Shown here: positions 25,285 through 37,740 of the stretch, piece by piece
Numbering within the stretch: position 1 is the first letter of the stretch
Layout of the letters: each line of letters opens with the position of its first letter
Assembly: GCF_018350175.1 (NCBI RefSeq)
Contig: NC_058368.1
Location: 236,222,001 to 236,286,000 of the forward strand
Direction: 5' to 3'
From: Felis catus
Taxonomy: Eukaryota
Length of the DNA: 64,000 nucleotides
The notes under the pieces: generated by a model
The model's database searches: none
What the model saw: the letters and a program-made list of their open reading frames with translations, nothing else
What the model was told of the DNA's origin: nothing
Made by a program: the position numbers and the translations under genes

Positions 25285-26150
25285 TGTCAATGTTCAATAG
25301 ACAGAATATGGTTTTATGACAACATTTTATCAAGACTTTTAGGTAATATTTGACAAATTAATCAATGTGGGTGTTGTTGGGCACTACCTTCTATCAATAT
25401 TCAACAGCGAGAAGTACAGAACTTTGACATTTACTTTTGAGGTTCTAGTGACACAAGGCAACGCTGTAAAAATATTCCTGCAGCAATAAATAAAAGGGAG
25501 ATGAAAAATATAAGCTGTACTTGGAAACAGGATCCCTTTCTAAGAAAAGATGAAAAGGAAAACAAAAATAAACAGAAAACTTGACATGCGGTAATTGGAG
25601 TTGTCACATTTTATCCCAAGTAATTAAAGGCGAAACCCATTTCTAAAATTGTATTGTTTAATTATAAAAGTAAATAAATATAATTAAAAAGCTAGATACT
25701 GTCAGATTTACTGTCAGCAAAGCACCGAAATGTGTCAAATAATATTTTGAAGATAGTCTTTGTCATTTCAAATGACTAAGAAGCAGCCTTGTCACCACAA
25801 ATGATGAAAATAGCCAAGATATTGCAATAATTACCTTCTACTACTTTTTCTTATGCTGCGTGAGTGTAAACAAAAAGAAAATGCCTTTTCCGATTTAGCC
25901 GAAAAATACCACCCACCTGTCAGAAAAAGTACAGCCGAGAATCTGGAGAGAAATGTATTATTTTGGAGGCCGGGAATTGGCCGGCAGGTGAAAATGATCG
26001 AGCCCTGCAAACAGCTCGCGGAAATCTCGCACAGAAATCTCATAAACATTTCCATGCTTAATGCGAACGCTTTGCCCCCAGAGGAGATGAAAGTTCCCGC
26101 AATCATCGTCAGCTCTATTGTTTCCATTATTAATTAAGCAATACTAAGCA
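25285..26150. promoter_or_regulatory. Candidate developmental enhancer with dense TALE-homeodomain (TGACA) and TAAT motifs
   Basis: 13 TGACA/TGTCA pentamers between 25285 and 25922, several TAATT cores, no recognisable repeats. Confidence 0.6.
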
Positions 26151-26444
26151 AAATAACTGGCCCGTGTTGCGATGGCTTTTTCGTTTTTAGAATAACACGG
26201 AAAATGCAGTGTGTTCCCGGTACGAACGGTCTGCTCTCGTTGATCCCCCACCTCCGGATGGAAGAACAGGGACCAGGAACGTCAATGACAATCATCCCCC
26301 ACCCCCACACGGTTAGAAGACCTCCCAGCCGCGTGGGCAGGTGGAGAACCACTGGGTGTCTCTTTCAGATATCTCACGGGCACACTCTGCCTGTGTTCAG
26401 CCCCCAGGCGTGGCAGGCGGGAGTCTGTGCAGTCACTCATGTGA

Positions 26445-27057
26445 CTGCCATGTGCACGCCCAGCCACATGCCAGAGGCGGGGGGACTGCAGCCATTGACA
26501 TTCTCGTCTCATGGTTCTAGAGGCCAGGAGTCGAAGACCAAGAGTCTCTCTGATTCGATTTCTGGTGAGGGGACTCTCCTTGGCTTTCGGATGGATGGTT
26601 CCTTGCCACACAATCACATGGCGTTTAAAAATCGGCCTTGAGGGGTGCCTGGGTGGCTCCGGTCATGATCTCGCGGTCTGTGAGTTCGAGGCCGCGTCGG
26701 GCTCTGTGCTGACGGCTCAGAGCCTGGAGCCTGCTTCCGATATCTGTGTCTCCCTCTCTCTCTGCCCCTCCCCTGCTCATGCTCTGCCTCTCTCTCTCTC
26801 TCTGTCAAAAATAAATAAACATTAAAATTTTTTTTTAAATAAATAAATAAAATTGGCCTTGCACCAGGAGGGGGGTGGAGAGCTCTCTGGTGTCTCTTCT
26901 TTTAAGGACACCAATCCTATTGCATTAAGCCCCACCCCTGTGACCTTATTTAGGCCTATTTACACTCTTAAAGGCCCCTCTCCAAATACAGCCAGGGGCT
27001 AGGGTTCCAGCATATGAATTTTGGGGGCTGGGGGGAACAAACATTCAATCCTCCGCA
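26445..27057 (-). mobile_element. MaLR LTR (MLT1A/MST-like) interrupted by a SINE
   Basis: TCTCATGGTTCTAGAGGCCAGGAGTC...TCTGGTGAGGG...AGAGCTCTCTGGTGTCTCTTCTTTTAAGGACACCAATCC...CATATGAATTTTGGGG. Confidence 0.85.
26642..26847 (+). mobile_element. Can-SINE with a deletion in the tRNA-like head
   Basis: GGGGTGCCTGGGTGGCTC joined directly to CGGTCATGATCTC; TSD aaaat(c/t)ggccttg on both sides. Confidence 0.95.
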
Positions 27058-28130
27058 TTTCATCCACAAATGTATGTCCTTCTGTCTTGCAAAATAGGCT
27101 CATCCACCTCAAAAGCCCCAGAGTCTCGTAGGACCACTTGGGAAGTCTAAAGTCCAAAGTCTCATGTAAATATCACCTGTATCACATAACAGCGAGGCCA
27201 CAGGTGTTATTCATCCTGAGCCCAAATTCCACTCCAGAGGTGAACTTGTGACAACAGACGAGTTCTCTGCTCCATACTACAAAGGCGGGAGACACACAGG
27301 ATGAACATCCTAGTTTCTAAGGGAGAAACTGGAAGATGGAAAGGGAGCATAGGTCCCACGCAACTCCAACTTCCAGCAAGGGAGATTCCATGTAGAGCCC
27401 GAGACTCAAGAAGAATCCTCTTTGAACTGATGTTCTCCCCTCCCCCAGGTCTGTGGGGACGGAAGCGCTATTCTCCTGGCTCCCGGAGAGGGTCCTCCCC
27501 CGAGGCTCTGGCCAGGGGCAGCCTGCCACTGAAACCATGAAAGGTAGCCCCAACCTTTGGAACCCAGCAGGGACCTGCCCTGTCCCTGGGTCTGTGATAG
27601 CGGTGACAGCACTGAGGATTCCCCCAGTCTCCCTCTTGGTCGCTCTTCCCTTTTCTCAAAGGGCATCAGGAGTACGCAGTCAGGGGTGTTTATCGACTCG
27701 TCCTGTAGAATGCCAGCAGTACAGAAGCTTTCCTCGGACACTGGTCCTGTCTCTGCCCGTGTGACCCTGTCTCCATTCCAGCCTCTGCTGAGAGAGCCCG
27801 GGAAACCCAGCAGTGGCGTCCATAATGCGTGCTCGGCCATACACCCCATGTTCTCTTTGCGGCCAATCCCCTCTATTTTTTTTCTTTTTTTTACAAGATG
27901 GACGTGCTGAGAATTTTCAAAATCTCTGAGTCCTGGTTCTGTGTGCTTAACAAAGAGAAGCCCGGCTGCTTCTTCAACAGTTTCCTCGGAAATGGCCTCA
28001 GCTTAATTTCCAATTGCATCTTTCGCAAACTCTACCTTCTGCAAAACCCTCGTCTGCGATCCGGCCAAGCTCTTTATCACTTTGTGACGAGGACTGCCTT
28101 GCTTCCAGCCTTCAGTGACTTGTTTCGCCT
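27058..28130 (-). mobile_element. MaLR internal (MLT1-int-like) sequence
   Basis: Directly follows the LTR; AAGTCTAAAGTCCAAAGTCTCAT...TTCATCCTGAG...AAGGGAGAAACTGGAAG...GGTCCCACGCAACTCC typical of MaLR internal regions. Confidence 0.7.
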
Positions 28131-28134
28131 TCCT

Positions 28135-28556
28135 CATGCTTCATGTGATAATGGAGACCAAGAAATCCCAAGATCTGTAGCCTGCAACCTGGAGAGTGAG
28201 GAGAGCCAGTGGTGTGATTCTCATCTGAGAGCTGGTCTGAGGTTCAACACCCAGGAAGAGCCAATGTTTCAGTCGGAGGCCAAAGGGAAGAAAAAATAAT
28301 GTTCTGGATTTAAGCAAAGAATAATTTCCTCTCCTTTAGGGGAAGGTCAGGATTTTTTTTTTTCCATTCTGGCCTTCTGGTCTTCGACTGATTAGACGCA
28401 GCCCACCCACATTGGTGGGCAATCTGCTGAATAGGTCAATTTACATGTTAAATTCATTCAAAGATAACAGCCTCACGGATACATGCAGAATGTTTTACCA
28501 AATATGTGACCACCTTCTAGCACAGTCAAGAGGAGACACAAAATTAATCACGGCAC
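28135..28556 (-). mobile_element. ERVL LTR (MLT2-like)
   Basis: AAATCCCAAGATCTG...CCCAGGAAGAGCCAATGTTTCAGT...CCCACCCACATTGG...GGCAATCTGC...CACAAAATTAATCAC. Confidence 0.8.
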
Positions 28557-28789
28557 CTTCTCCAGGAGAACACTGGGCCAGCCAGCTGAGGCTGAACTGG
28601 GACCCAGGGGACCCAGGGGCTGCTAGCGCCATCTTGCGCCTCACAGTGGCAGAATGTAGAGTTCAGTTCCAGCTCCGTGCACTGGGAAATAAGCTTAGTA
28701 CCTTCTGATTGAGCCTTTTCCAAACATTCGATGTGTTGACTTCTCTAAAGAAATGAACAAGTTTGACATTCACATTCGAATGTGAATGT

Positions 28790-28925
28790 GATACCAGAAA
28801 CACATTTATTTTTAGTTTAAGTGTGTTCTGTGCGATACCTGAAACATACTTCTTCTGAAAAATAGTCGTTTTCTCTGAAATTCCGATTTGGCTGGTTGTC
28901 TTACATTTTTATTTTCTAAATACAG
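28790..28925. mobile_element. MER53-like palindromic hAT MITE fragment
   Basis: TTTTAGTTTAAGTGTGT...AAACATACTT...CTGAAATTCCGATTTGGCTGGTTGTCTTACATTTTTATT. Confidence 0.55.
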
Positions 28926-29505
28926 AATGCTGACTCTTATTTTTGGAAGGCTGTTTTAGATTATTTTTCTGAACAGTATTTTTACGTAAGATGGATGAGA
29001 GAGAAAGGAGTGGATTTTGAAGAGACTATTTGGGAAATGAGGACTGGTGACCACAGAAAACTCAGTTGAAAAGGAATCGGTCCGAGCATACTAAGTGCGT
29101 GGCGCGAATTCAAAAGGTAAATACACATAAATATTTCTGAAAAGAAAACTAAGACAAAGACACTTTAACGTCCAAAGATGCTCTGAGATATATTTAAATA
29201 GGCTTTTCACAGAAAAATTATAAAACAACACAAAGTCATATTTTATGCTTTTATACCTGCATGTATTTAAGGGATGATATAGTATAACACCCTATAATAT
29301 GAAGGGGGAAATGAAGTTCAGAGACACCAGAAAAGCTAACTAAAAAGGTCACAACAAAAATCATCCAGATCAAAAATAAGCAATCCTCTGTTAACTTCCA
29401 CCTGCTTATTTGAATTTATATAAATCCTTTGTCTGTTATATCAATTATACACTTATTCAGCACAAACTTTTATTTATTTCCTTAGAGTTATACCTGTCTA
29501 TCTAT

Positions 29506-29540
<35 letters not shown>

Positions 29541-30894
29541 ACACCAGTAATATAGAAATATAAGATTCTGTTCTATCAGTATCCTGCCTGGGGTACAGCT
29601 CAGAATAGAGCATTTGACTCTTCAGATAATTTAAATGTCCAAGTTTTTGGTCCATGAGCATGGATTCATTTCAAAAGCTTTTATCCGCTGTCTTCCTTAG
29701 TGACACTCATGGTTTTCCACCCTGGAAGACCTTTGATACAAATTTGGAAAAAAACAACAACAACAACAATCTCTAGAATAAGTCCGGGAGGAATCTTTCA
29801 TCGTTAATGCATCTAATTACTATCTAGGAAACGTGGGCAACATTATGCAGAAATTAAAATGAAAACCGACCTATGTAATGTTTCAGCTCAGTGATTTCCT
29901 AATTATATTAGGTTAAATGTAAATATTTTCTAGCAAGAAAGTTGGAAACGATGGCCTTTTGTCAAAAAATAAATCAGCTAAACCCAGATGGTACCATCAT
30001 CGCTTCATACAGTTAAGCATCTCTTGTCTGCTTTATCCACACCTCGTACCTCCTGGGATTGCTGTGTATGTCCTCCAAATTCAAAACGTATCTCTAAATT
30101 AAATGTATTTTTCTTCATGATCATCTAAATGGATGAGCGAATAAATTAAAAGTTATCTAAATTGGTGTTTAGCATCATGAAGACAAAGGGCTGATATGCT
30201 CAAACACACAGCTTTCCTCTTACTGCTGGAAAACTGTAGGGGTGTATTGTCAGCAGATTTATTCGGGAAGTTGACCGTGATTGGATGCGCTGATTTTTTT
30301 TTCTGCACAAATAAAATAATATCATAAAATGGATGGTTTCTTAACAATCCTCTTTATCATTATATGTTCTTCAGCTAGAAGATTCGAAATAATGTGATGA
30401 ACAGAATGACAGAACACTGCTCTAAACAGTTTGTTTTTAATAGGAATCTTAATGGTCAATGTGTTGAGTCTGTTTTGTATCTTCCTGTATATTTCAACAC
30501 CTTATTATATCTTTATCTCAAGCTATAAATATTTTAATGACCATGCACATAAGCAAGCACAAATATACCTTAACGGTGCCCCAGATGTCCATCTGATCCT
30601 TGAATTAGTCCAAGATTAAAGCGGGAAGAGAGGTTGGAGGAGGGGAGGCCAGTCCCCAGCCGCACGGTGCCCTGGCCGCACAGGGCACCTGTCCATACAT
30701 GAGGAGACTCCGGCTTCATTTACTCATTGGGTCTACGTGTTTGTTCCACATGCCCGGGCCCAGCTCAGAGCCAGGTATGTTTGACTTTTGCTACTCTCTG
30801 GCCCCAGGACCAGCTGACATCTGATTCGATCCAATGGAAAAGCAAAACCAGCTGTCTCTGGGACAGATGCCTTTATCTTTTTTATAAACAATCT

Positions 30895-31300
30895 TTGCCA
30901 ATTATTCATTCAATTTTTGTTCATTCTGCAAATATTTCTGGAGCCCCTATCAGGTGGCAGATATCATTAAGACCTCTGGGATACGTCAGTGTCCAAAGCC
31001 GGACAAGATTTCTGCCCTCAGTGGGTTTGCACTCTCCTGATGAGCTCGGACCATCAACTAGAGCAACATTAACAAGCAAATGCACATAGAAAGTACTAGA
31101 ATAATCCAGGCACAGTGCAATGGGGCTTCAGGCTAGGGTCCTAGCAATGGTGGTGGAGACCAACAGGTGGGGGCTGCGTATCTTTTAAAAGTAGCTCCAG
31201 CAAGATTTCCTAAAGTCCTGCATGTAGAATGTGGAAGAAGGGATAGAACCAAGACTGGCTTCAGGAGTTTGGGTCTGGAAAGAGGTAAGGACGTTGAATA
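30895..31300 (-). mobile_element. L2 fragments
   Basis: TTCATTC...AAATATTTCTGGAGCCCCTAT (L2 3' end in antisense) and ATAATCCAGGC...GGTGGTGGAGA...TAGCTCCAGCAAGATTTCCT. Confidence 0.65.
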
Positions 31301-32383
31301 TTTGTCATCTTGCCTTCCTCGACCCTGACTCCTCAGTCCCATGAAACCTCTGGTGGCATTGGGGCTTTCAGTTCCTTTTCTCGTATTCCCAGTGGCTATT
31401 TCTAGGACTCTGCCCTGTTTGCTCACTGGCTCCGGACTCTGTGACCTTCAGGACCACCGTGGCTTCCCTTATCCACTTCTCAGTCAGTCACTCAGTCCTG
31501 CGGACAGCATGTGTCCATGACCTGGTTTGATAGCTGCCTTCTGCACCTTACGTGCAGTGGGCTTTCTGTGCTATCATTTTTACAAACTCTAGACAACTCA
31601 CAGGGGTCGCTAGGCATCTTCTGCATGATATGCGATATTTGCAAAAGAAAATATTTAATCCTAAGGACGATTCAGGATTCTTGTTATAAAGCAGAAACCT
31701 GTTTTTGACACAATTCTTCTTCTGGTATGTTTCCTGACAGTTGCTGGCCAGCTATTGACTTTCCCGAGGAAGTTTCAGGGCATTACCGTTAAAATTTCTC
31801 TGTCTGATGCCAGATCTGTTTAGAAGAATGAAAATGTAGTTCCTCCCATGATGCTAAGACCTCACTTGACTGGCATTTTCTACTGAGGCTCTGTCTACAC
31901 AAGGCCAAAATCACTGTTTCGGTCAATCAAGGGAGTTCAAACCAGTCGGTCAAGTCAGATATTCGGTTAAGACACTGAACAGAATCTGCTGTTTTGGAGG
32001 TGCATAGAAAATTTGGGGTTCTCTGCATTATTTCAAGCAACGGCAATTTTAACAGTCCCCTGCTAGAGCGAAGGGTGTTGGCTGCAACCCCACTGATATT
32101 GAGCTCAAGCTTCTCCTCCCTGCTCAAGAAGCAGGGAGGAGTGAAATAACAATGCTGTCAACCCTCTTCTTCCAGGCCATTTTCTTGGGTGCACACACAG
32201 CAAGTACTCAAGGGACCTTGTGGTAATGAACTTTGGGAAGTGAGAACAGGGACCATGTTAATACTGAATCATAGAGCACTGTGCTCTCCTTAGCTTTGGT
32301 CTCGTTCTGTTCCAGCACCTAACTTGGCATGAAGCCCGTGTTCTCGCTCCACAACTCAACTGAATTAAAGACGGATCATCTGT

Positions 32384-32594
32384 GGGGCGCCTGGGTGGCT
32401 CTGTCGGTTAAGCGTCCGACTTCAGTTCATGATCTCACAGTTCGTGGGTTTGAGCCCGCAATGGGCTTTGTGCTGACAGCTCAGAACCTGGAGCCTGCTT
32501 CGGATTCTGTGTCTCCCTCTCTCTCTGCCCCTCCCCCGCTCTCTCTCTGTCTCTCCCCAAAATAATAAATAAACATTAAAAAAATTGAAAAAAA
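32384..32594 (+). mobile_element. Can-SINE (SINEC_Fc-like)
   Basis: GGGGCGCCTGGGTGGCTCTGTCGGTTAAGCGTCCGACTTC head, CT tract, A tail; degenerate TSD taaag...atctgt. Confidence 0.95.
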
Positions 32595-33409
32595 TAAAGT
32601 TGGTTATCTGTAAGTAGGAATTTTGCACCAGAATTGCTTTCTTTCTTACTGAGTTTCTTAGAGATCTTATCATTAAGCCTTTCTGTTTTAGGGAGATCCC
32701 ACTTGTGCTGACATGGTTTATAGGCTATTTTGTAACTTACGTTCACCCCTATGGATCTCAGTTACTAAAATTAAGCTGGTCAAGGCATTATATGCAAAAC
32801 TCAGTTTTTAATAGGAGCTGACCAGAGTGTGGTCTCTTTTCTTATAGGTCTTCCTCTGTAACGCGGTAGCCTAGAAACAAGCTAACTGCATGAGATCAGC
32901 ATGGCTAACAGAGGCCGAATATGGATAGAAGTTGACATAAGGCTCTCCCTGTGAACTCAGAGCTGCTGGGTGGGCACGGAACACGTGTCCTCTCCACAGA
33001 TGGACAGACGGCTCAGACAGGGACTCTGTCCTGTAATTTTGCGCCATTCGAACGTTTAGCTCTGCCTGATGGCGCTGTATTTGTTGCGCTATTGGAATTG
33101 TTTCATTCTGTTTGGCCCCACGATGATGATGACTTTCTGTCCTTTAAAAGTCTCGAGAACATTCGCCTAACCGACCTTTTGCCTTAGAAATTTGGCTTTA
33201 GTTCAAGACAGTTTCAGACAATTTGCCATGGAGCGCCAAAAACTTTTGAAAAGATCTATTTTTTTTTTTTTTTTAATGTAAGGCCATAAGTGGATCTTGA
33301 TTATACTCCTAAGGAAGCAACCAAGTGGCAGAAATGTAAATGTATGCTTGACGGTAATTGTAATGCTGTGTTAGGTTAAACTCACGCTTTAGAATCTTCT
33401 GTGTCCTGC

Positions 33410-33600
33410 TTCTCACACTATTTCACTGGATGGTCAAAGAAGCCCTGTGAGATCATCAAGGACAGTAGACGCCCTTCTGCACACTCTTTTTTGAGAAAAT
33501 GGAGACAGACCAAGGTTAGGCAGCTGCTCCGAAAAGCAGTCACCTGTGCACCTCGCTTCCGGCCAGAGAGCATGAGGGTCTCCCTCCCACATGTTATCAA
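33410..33600 (-). mobile_element. MIR fragment
   Basis: AGCCCTGTGAGAT...GAGAAAATGGAGACAGACCAAGGTTAGGCAGCTGCTC resembles the MIR core in antisense. Confidence 0.5.
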
Positions 33601-34239
33601 AAGGAGCATTATCTTGCCCAGCAGTTTCGTTTTAATAAGTTACAAAATGTACTAATTATAAAAAGTATTCATTCCAATATTTGGACCCTCTATTGCTATC
33701 GACCCAGGCCCACATATTAGGTATTCTAAGCTATAGGGGAAAAAGGGGACCATGCATCCCACTGGATATGTGCAAATTGATTTGACAGGCTGTATAATGC
33801 TCGAAGAAGTCTGGAGAGGTGTGGGGGGGTTTGTTTTATTCCTTCCAAATAAATCAAGTACAGATTTCCTCCCTCTAACCAACTCATCACATTTGCAAAC
33901 TGTCTATAACGTGCAGATTTCGTTCTAAACATTACTTTCATTTGTGGGTCCCATATGCAACTGTACATTATCAGTTATTCTAGGGAGACAGTTTGGTGCC
34001 TTCCACGAGAAGATAAGATCACTTTTCCCTCTCAGCAAACGAGCCAAATGGTAACTAGCACACATTTTCCCAGCTGAGAAACTGGGAGGGCTGTTTATCT
34101 CGTGACCGGGGATGGGGGTGGGGGGATGCGCTAGACTCATTTGTAAAGTATTTCACAGAGGCATCTACTGGGTCCTTCACAAAACGGGGCAGTGCTGGAA
34201 ACTGGGAGAAAGCCTCTAGCAAAGTATCCACCACTGTAT

Positions 34240-35700
34240 TTTTCCTTTGCTCACATATAGTAATTTGATACAATTAGTACTATCTGCTCCACGAGGTCAA
34301 TTTAGAAAAGCCTCGCACTCTTGAATAGGTTCCAAGGCAATTATACTCTTTCCTGGTGCTTCGTAATTGTTTACCTAATTTAACGTGCTTTCTGTGCATT
34401 TGTCAGGAGAATATTAATGTTTTACTTTACGATTTCCACCACCTACCTAATCACTGCTTTCTTGTTGTTCCTGTTTAGTGTAACATCACCTCCGAGCACA
34501 AGCGATGAAACGGGTTTAGAAAAAAAAAAAAAAAAAGTAAATCCTGTATTATATCATCGTCTGGGGAGCGTGATGGTTTCTGCTGTGTTAATTTACACTA
34601 AAATCCATGACCCGGGAGCCTGATTGATTGCCAAGGGCAGGAATCCAGCCCCTGGCCTAGTTTATTTTGTGAACTGTAGCCTGAGATATCGCTGCAAGCC
34701 ACAATGATATTGATTTGATATACACTAGATGGCTCTTTATGCTCTTTGGGAAATTTATTGTGCCGAGTCAGAACCCCGGCAGCCGGAGAGAAGCCGCTCT
34801 TTAAATTGAAGAGGGCTCTCACGGGTTGACCCCTGGGCCACTCAGGTTACCGAGTGGCCTGGGCGAGGCTAGGTCGGAGCAGGCCCCGGGGACCAGCGCT
34901 CATCAGTTTTGAATGTCAAATCCCTTCAGAGGACCTGAGTTATTGCTAATAGGAACTTGCTTGGGTCTATGACATTTGGATGCCCTATAAGTTAAACATC
35001 ATAACACTTTCTTCATGTCAGAGTCTTTTAAATTATGGCTGAGCTCACCACCTTTGCTCTGGCCGCTTAGCATTAGTCTCTGCCGCACAATATGGGCCGA
35101 CCTGCCTCGGAGGGTGAAGATCAGCACAGCTATTATCGGCCCAAGAGCTACAACTGCACAGATCTCCCCGCGCCTATAAATTAGTAGGCTTGTCATGGGA
35201 ACTCCAATCGCAAGAACATTGTTGCCATCTTGTTTCTGCACAATCAAAACCCAGTGGCCTTTGGCAACCCACACAATAAAAGTTAGGGTGCAATTCTGAT
35301 CTTGATAGCTTTTACTATTTTTCTTGGGGGAAGCTAGGCTTGTGCTGGATAAAAGATGAGCAGGGAGAGAGAACATCACTCTTCATGGGGATCTTATGCA
35401 TGAAATAGAAAAGAAATCATTTTCTGTTAGAACAATTTGCAATCATCTCTCCTCTTAGGGAGGGCTGCTATGCTTGTAATTTCTAATTTCTGCAGAAAGA
35501 TACGATTCCAGAACGGACCATTGTCACATTGGTAACAGATGACTTTATCTCTCTCAGTTGGCTTATTGTGATAAATTCCAACTTTGAAACCGCCGGAATG
35601 CCGTGAGCATCATTTTACTCAAGTTCTGGAAACGGACTCGTGACTGGCAAATCACAATTCCAGGATGGAGCTTTAGAAGGACAAGCCGGACTGTCTCTTG
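34240..35700. promoter_or_regulatory. Candidate conserved non-coding / enhancer block
   Basis: Repeat-free; TGTTTAC (34368), TGATTGAT (34621), several TAAT, ACAAT and TGACA/TGTCA motifs. Confidence 0.4.
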
Positions 35701-35965
35701 GAAATGTCCGATTGCCAGGGACTGCGGACATTAAAACCTAGAGCTGCACTGGATTGTTCCTAATAGCGAATCATATTTTCTTGGAAACCAGAGTGACCTT
35801 TTATGTTGAAGGGAATGCTCAGAGTGGCTTGATACGGGGACGCCTCTGCTGGCCTTGAGAACAAAACGAAACAATTCCATGGAAGATTCCATTTGTTCCG
35901 TCCTTCATCGGCTTACGTATCATGATTTGAAAGGTCCTGAAAAATGGCCTTCTGAAAGCACCGTT

Positions 35966-36142
35966 CGGGTGAGGGGAGAAGGGGATGGGGTGAAAACCTG
36001 CACTTACCGTGATGAGTGCAGGGTGAACGTGGACACAGACGTGCTGTCACTACGTCGTACCCCTGAAACTAATATTACACTCTATGCTAACCAGCTGCAA
36101 TGGAAATAAAAACATGGAGGAAATAAATAAAAATAAAAACAC
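35966..36142 (+). mobile_element. 5'-truncated carnivore L1 3' end
   Basis: TGCACTTACCGTGATGAG...CCTGAAACTAATATTACACT motifs, A tail, 10-bp TSD AAGCACCGTT at 35956-35965 and 36143-36152. Confidence 0.85.
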
Positions 36143-36604
36143 AAGCACCGTTAACGTTACTTGGCCAAGATGCCTGAAAACTCCCTAGAAGCAGGCTCTC
36201 TACTGGACGTCTTGAGGAGGTACAATGATCTTAGCCAGGTGGAGGAAGACAGAGCTTCACACACGAATATTGAGAATCGGGGAGTGATGCATCAAGGGCC
36301 AGTGTTGCAATGGCAGGGAGGGGATATCAGGAATTAACGTTGATGGGGAACAAGGCGCGGGACAGACGGACGGGGATGCCTGCTGGTGCTGGCAGTGTAG
36401 ACGCCTAGGTCCAGGGCTTTGAGCTGGCGAGGGACGGGGCCAGTCCTGAGCTCGCTTCTGCCTGCTTCGGTTTCCTTTTCCTTGTGAGTCCATTTAAATG
36501 AATCATGGGCTTCAAAGGGTAGAGGTGAAGGTGACATGGGATAAAATTCACAAAGGTCTGAGTCTGCTCCGAACGTGTTACTGATGGTTGGGACCACAGC
36601 CCTC

Positions 36605-36985
36605 TGTGAAGCCGCTCAAGCCGCCCTTACAACACAGCATGGACGGAGTGGCTTGAGGAACAGACCTTTATTCTCTCACAGTTCTGGAGGCTGGAGGTCT
36701 GATACCGAGGTGTCCACAGGTTAGTTGGCTCGGAGACCTCTCTGGCTGATTTGAACACGCCTTCTTCTCCCCATGTCCTCCCATGGGCGTCCCTCTGTGT
36801 GGGTCCGTGTCCTGGTGTCCTCTTCCTCCAAGGACAACAGTCAGATTGGACGGGGACCCACCAGGATGGCTTCATTTTACCTGAATCACCTCTGGAAAGA
36901 CCTTATCTCCAAATGCATTGACATTGAAGTGCTGGGGGTAAGGACTCCAGATCCAGATTTGGGGAGGGACACAGGTTTGTGCATA
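36605..36985 (-). mobile_element. MaLR solo LTR (MLT1B-like)
   Basis: TTTATTCTCTCACAGTTCTGGAGGCTGGAGGTCTGA...AAGGACAACAGTCAGATTGGA...AAAGACCTTATCTCCAAAT. Confidence 0.9.
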
Positions 36986-37002
36986 AGAAGTCCTGTCTGA
37001 TG

Positions 37003-37224
37003 GGGGCGCCTGGGTGGCTCAGTCGGTTGAGCGTCCGACTGCAGCTCAGGTCATGATCTCGCGGTTTGTGAGTTCGAGCCCTGCATCGGGCTCTGTGCTG
37101 ACCGCTCAGAGCCCGGAGCCTGCTTTGGATTCTGTGTCTCCCTCTCTCTCTGCCCCTCCCCCGCTCGTGCTCTGTCTCTCTCTGTCTCAAAAATAAATAA
37201 AACATTTTTAAAAATTTTTAAAAA
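37003..37224 (+). mobile_element. Can-SINE (SINEC_Fc-like), full length
   Basis: Canonical head, CT tract and tail; perfect 15-bp TSD AAGTCCTGTCTGATG at 36988-37002 and 37225-37239. Confidence 0.97.
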
Positions 37225-37394
37225 AAGTCCTGTCTGATGACGTAGCACGTGCCCACAGGCTGTGACCATGTCTCATTTCCTCTGCTCTACCTTGCTGATA
37301 ATGCTGTGGCGAGTTCTCACATTGCTCAATGAGCCCGTGGATGTAGAGAAGACACTGAAAATACACACGGGTAAAAAGAGAAAACGGAACAGAT

Positions 37395-37740
37395 AGCATC
37401 TAGCATTCTACCACTCAGAGAAAAACATTGTGTTCAAACTTTGATGTAGCTGCTTCCCGTGGCATATACACATATGTAAATAGACTCTAACCAAGATGAA
37501 ATTATACCTTTAGAACCTGTTTCATTTTACTTAACAGATTATTAGCATCGCTCCGTGCCAATGCAAATAGAGCCACCTCGTCCCATTTATAACAAGGAGA
37601 GAACATTTTACCTTGTAGAGAAGCCATCATTTATTTATACAATCCCGTAATTTTGAACACTTAACATGGTTCCATAGTTTTCTCACATCAACAGGGCTGC
37701 TAGGCTGTGTTTTGAATGTGCTCTGTTATTCTCTTAGGCT
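37395..37740 (-). mobile_element. Old L1 (L1ME-like) fragment
   Basis: TTCTACCACTCAGAGA...TTTTACTTAAC...CCATCATTTATTTA...GAACACTTA pattern of antisense L1ME 3' region. Confidence 0.5.
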
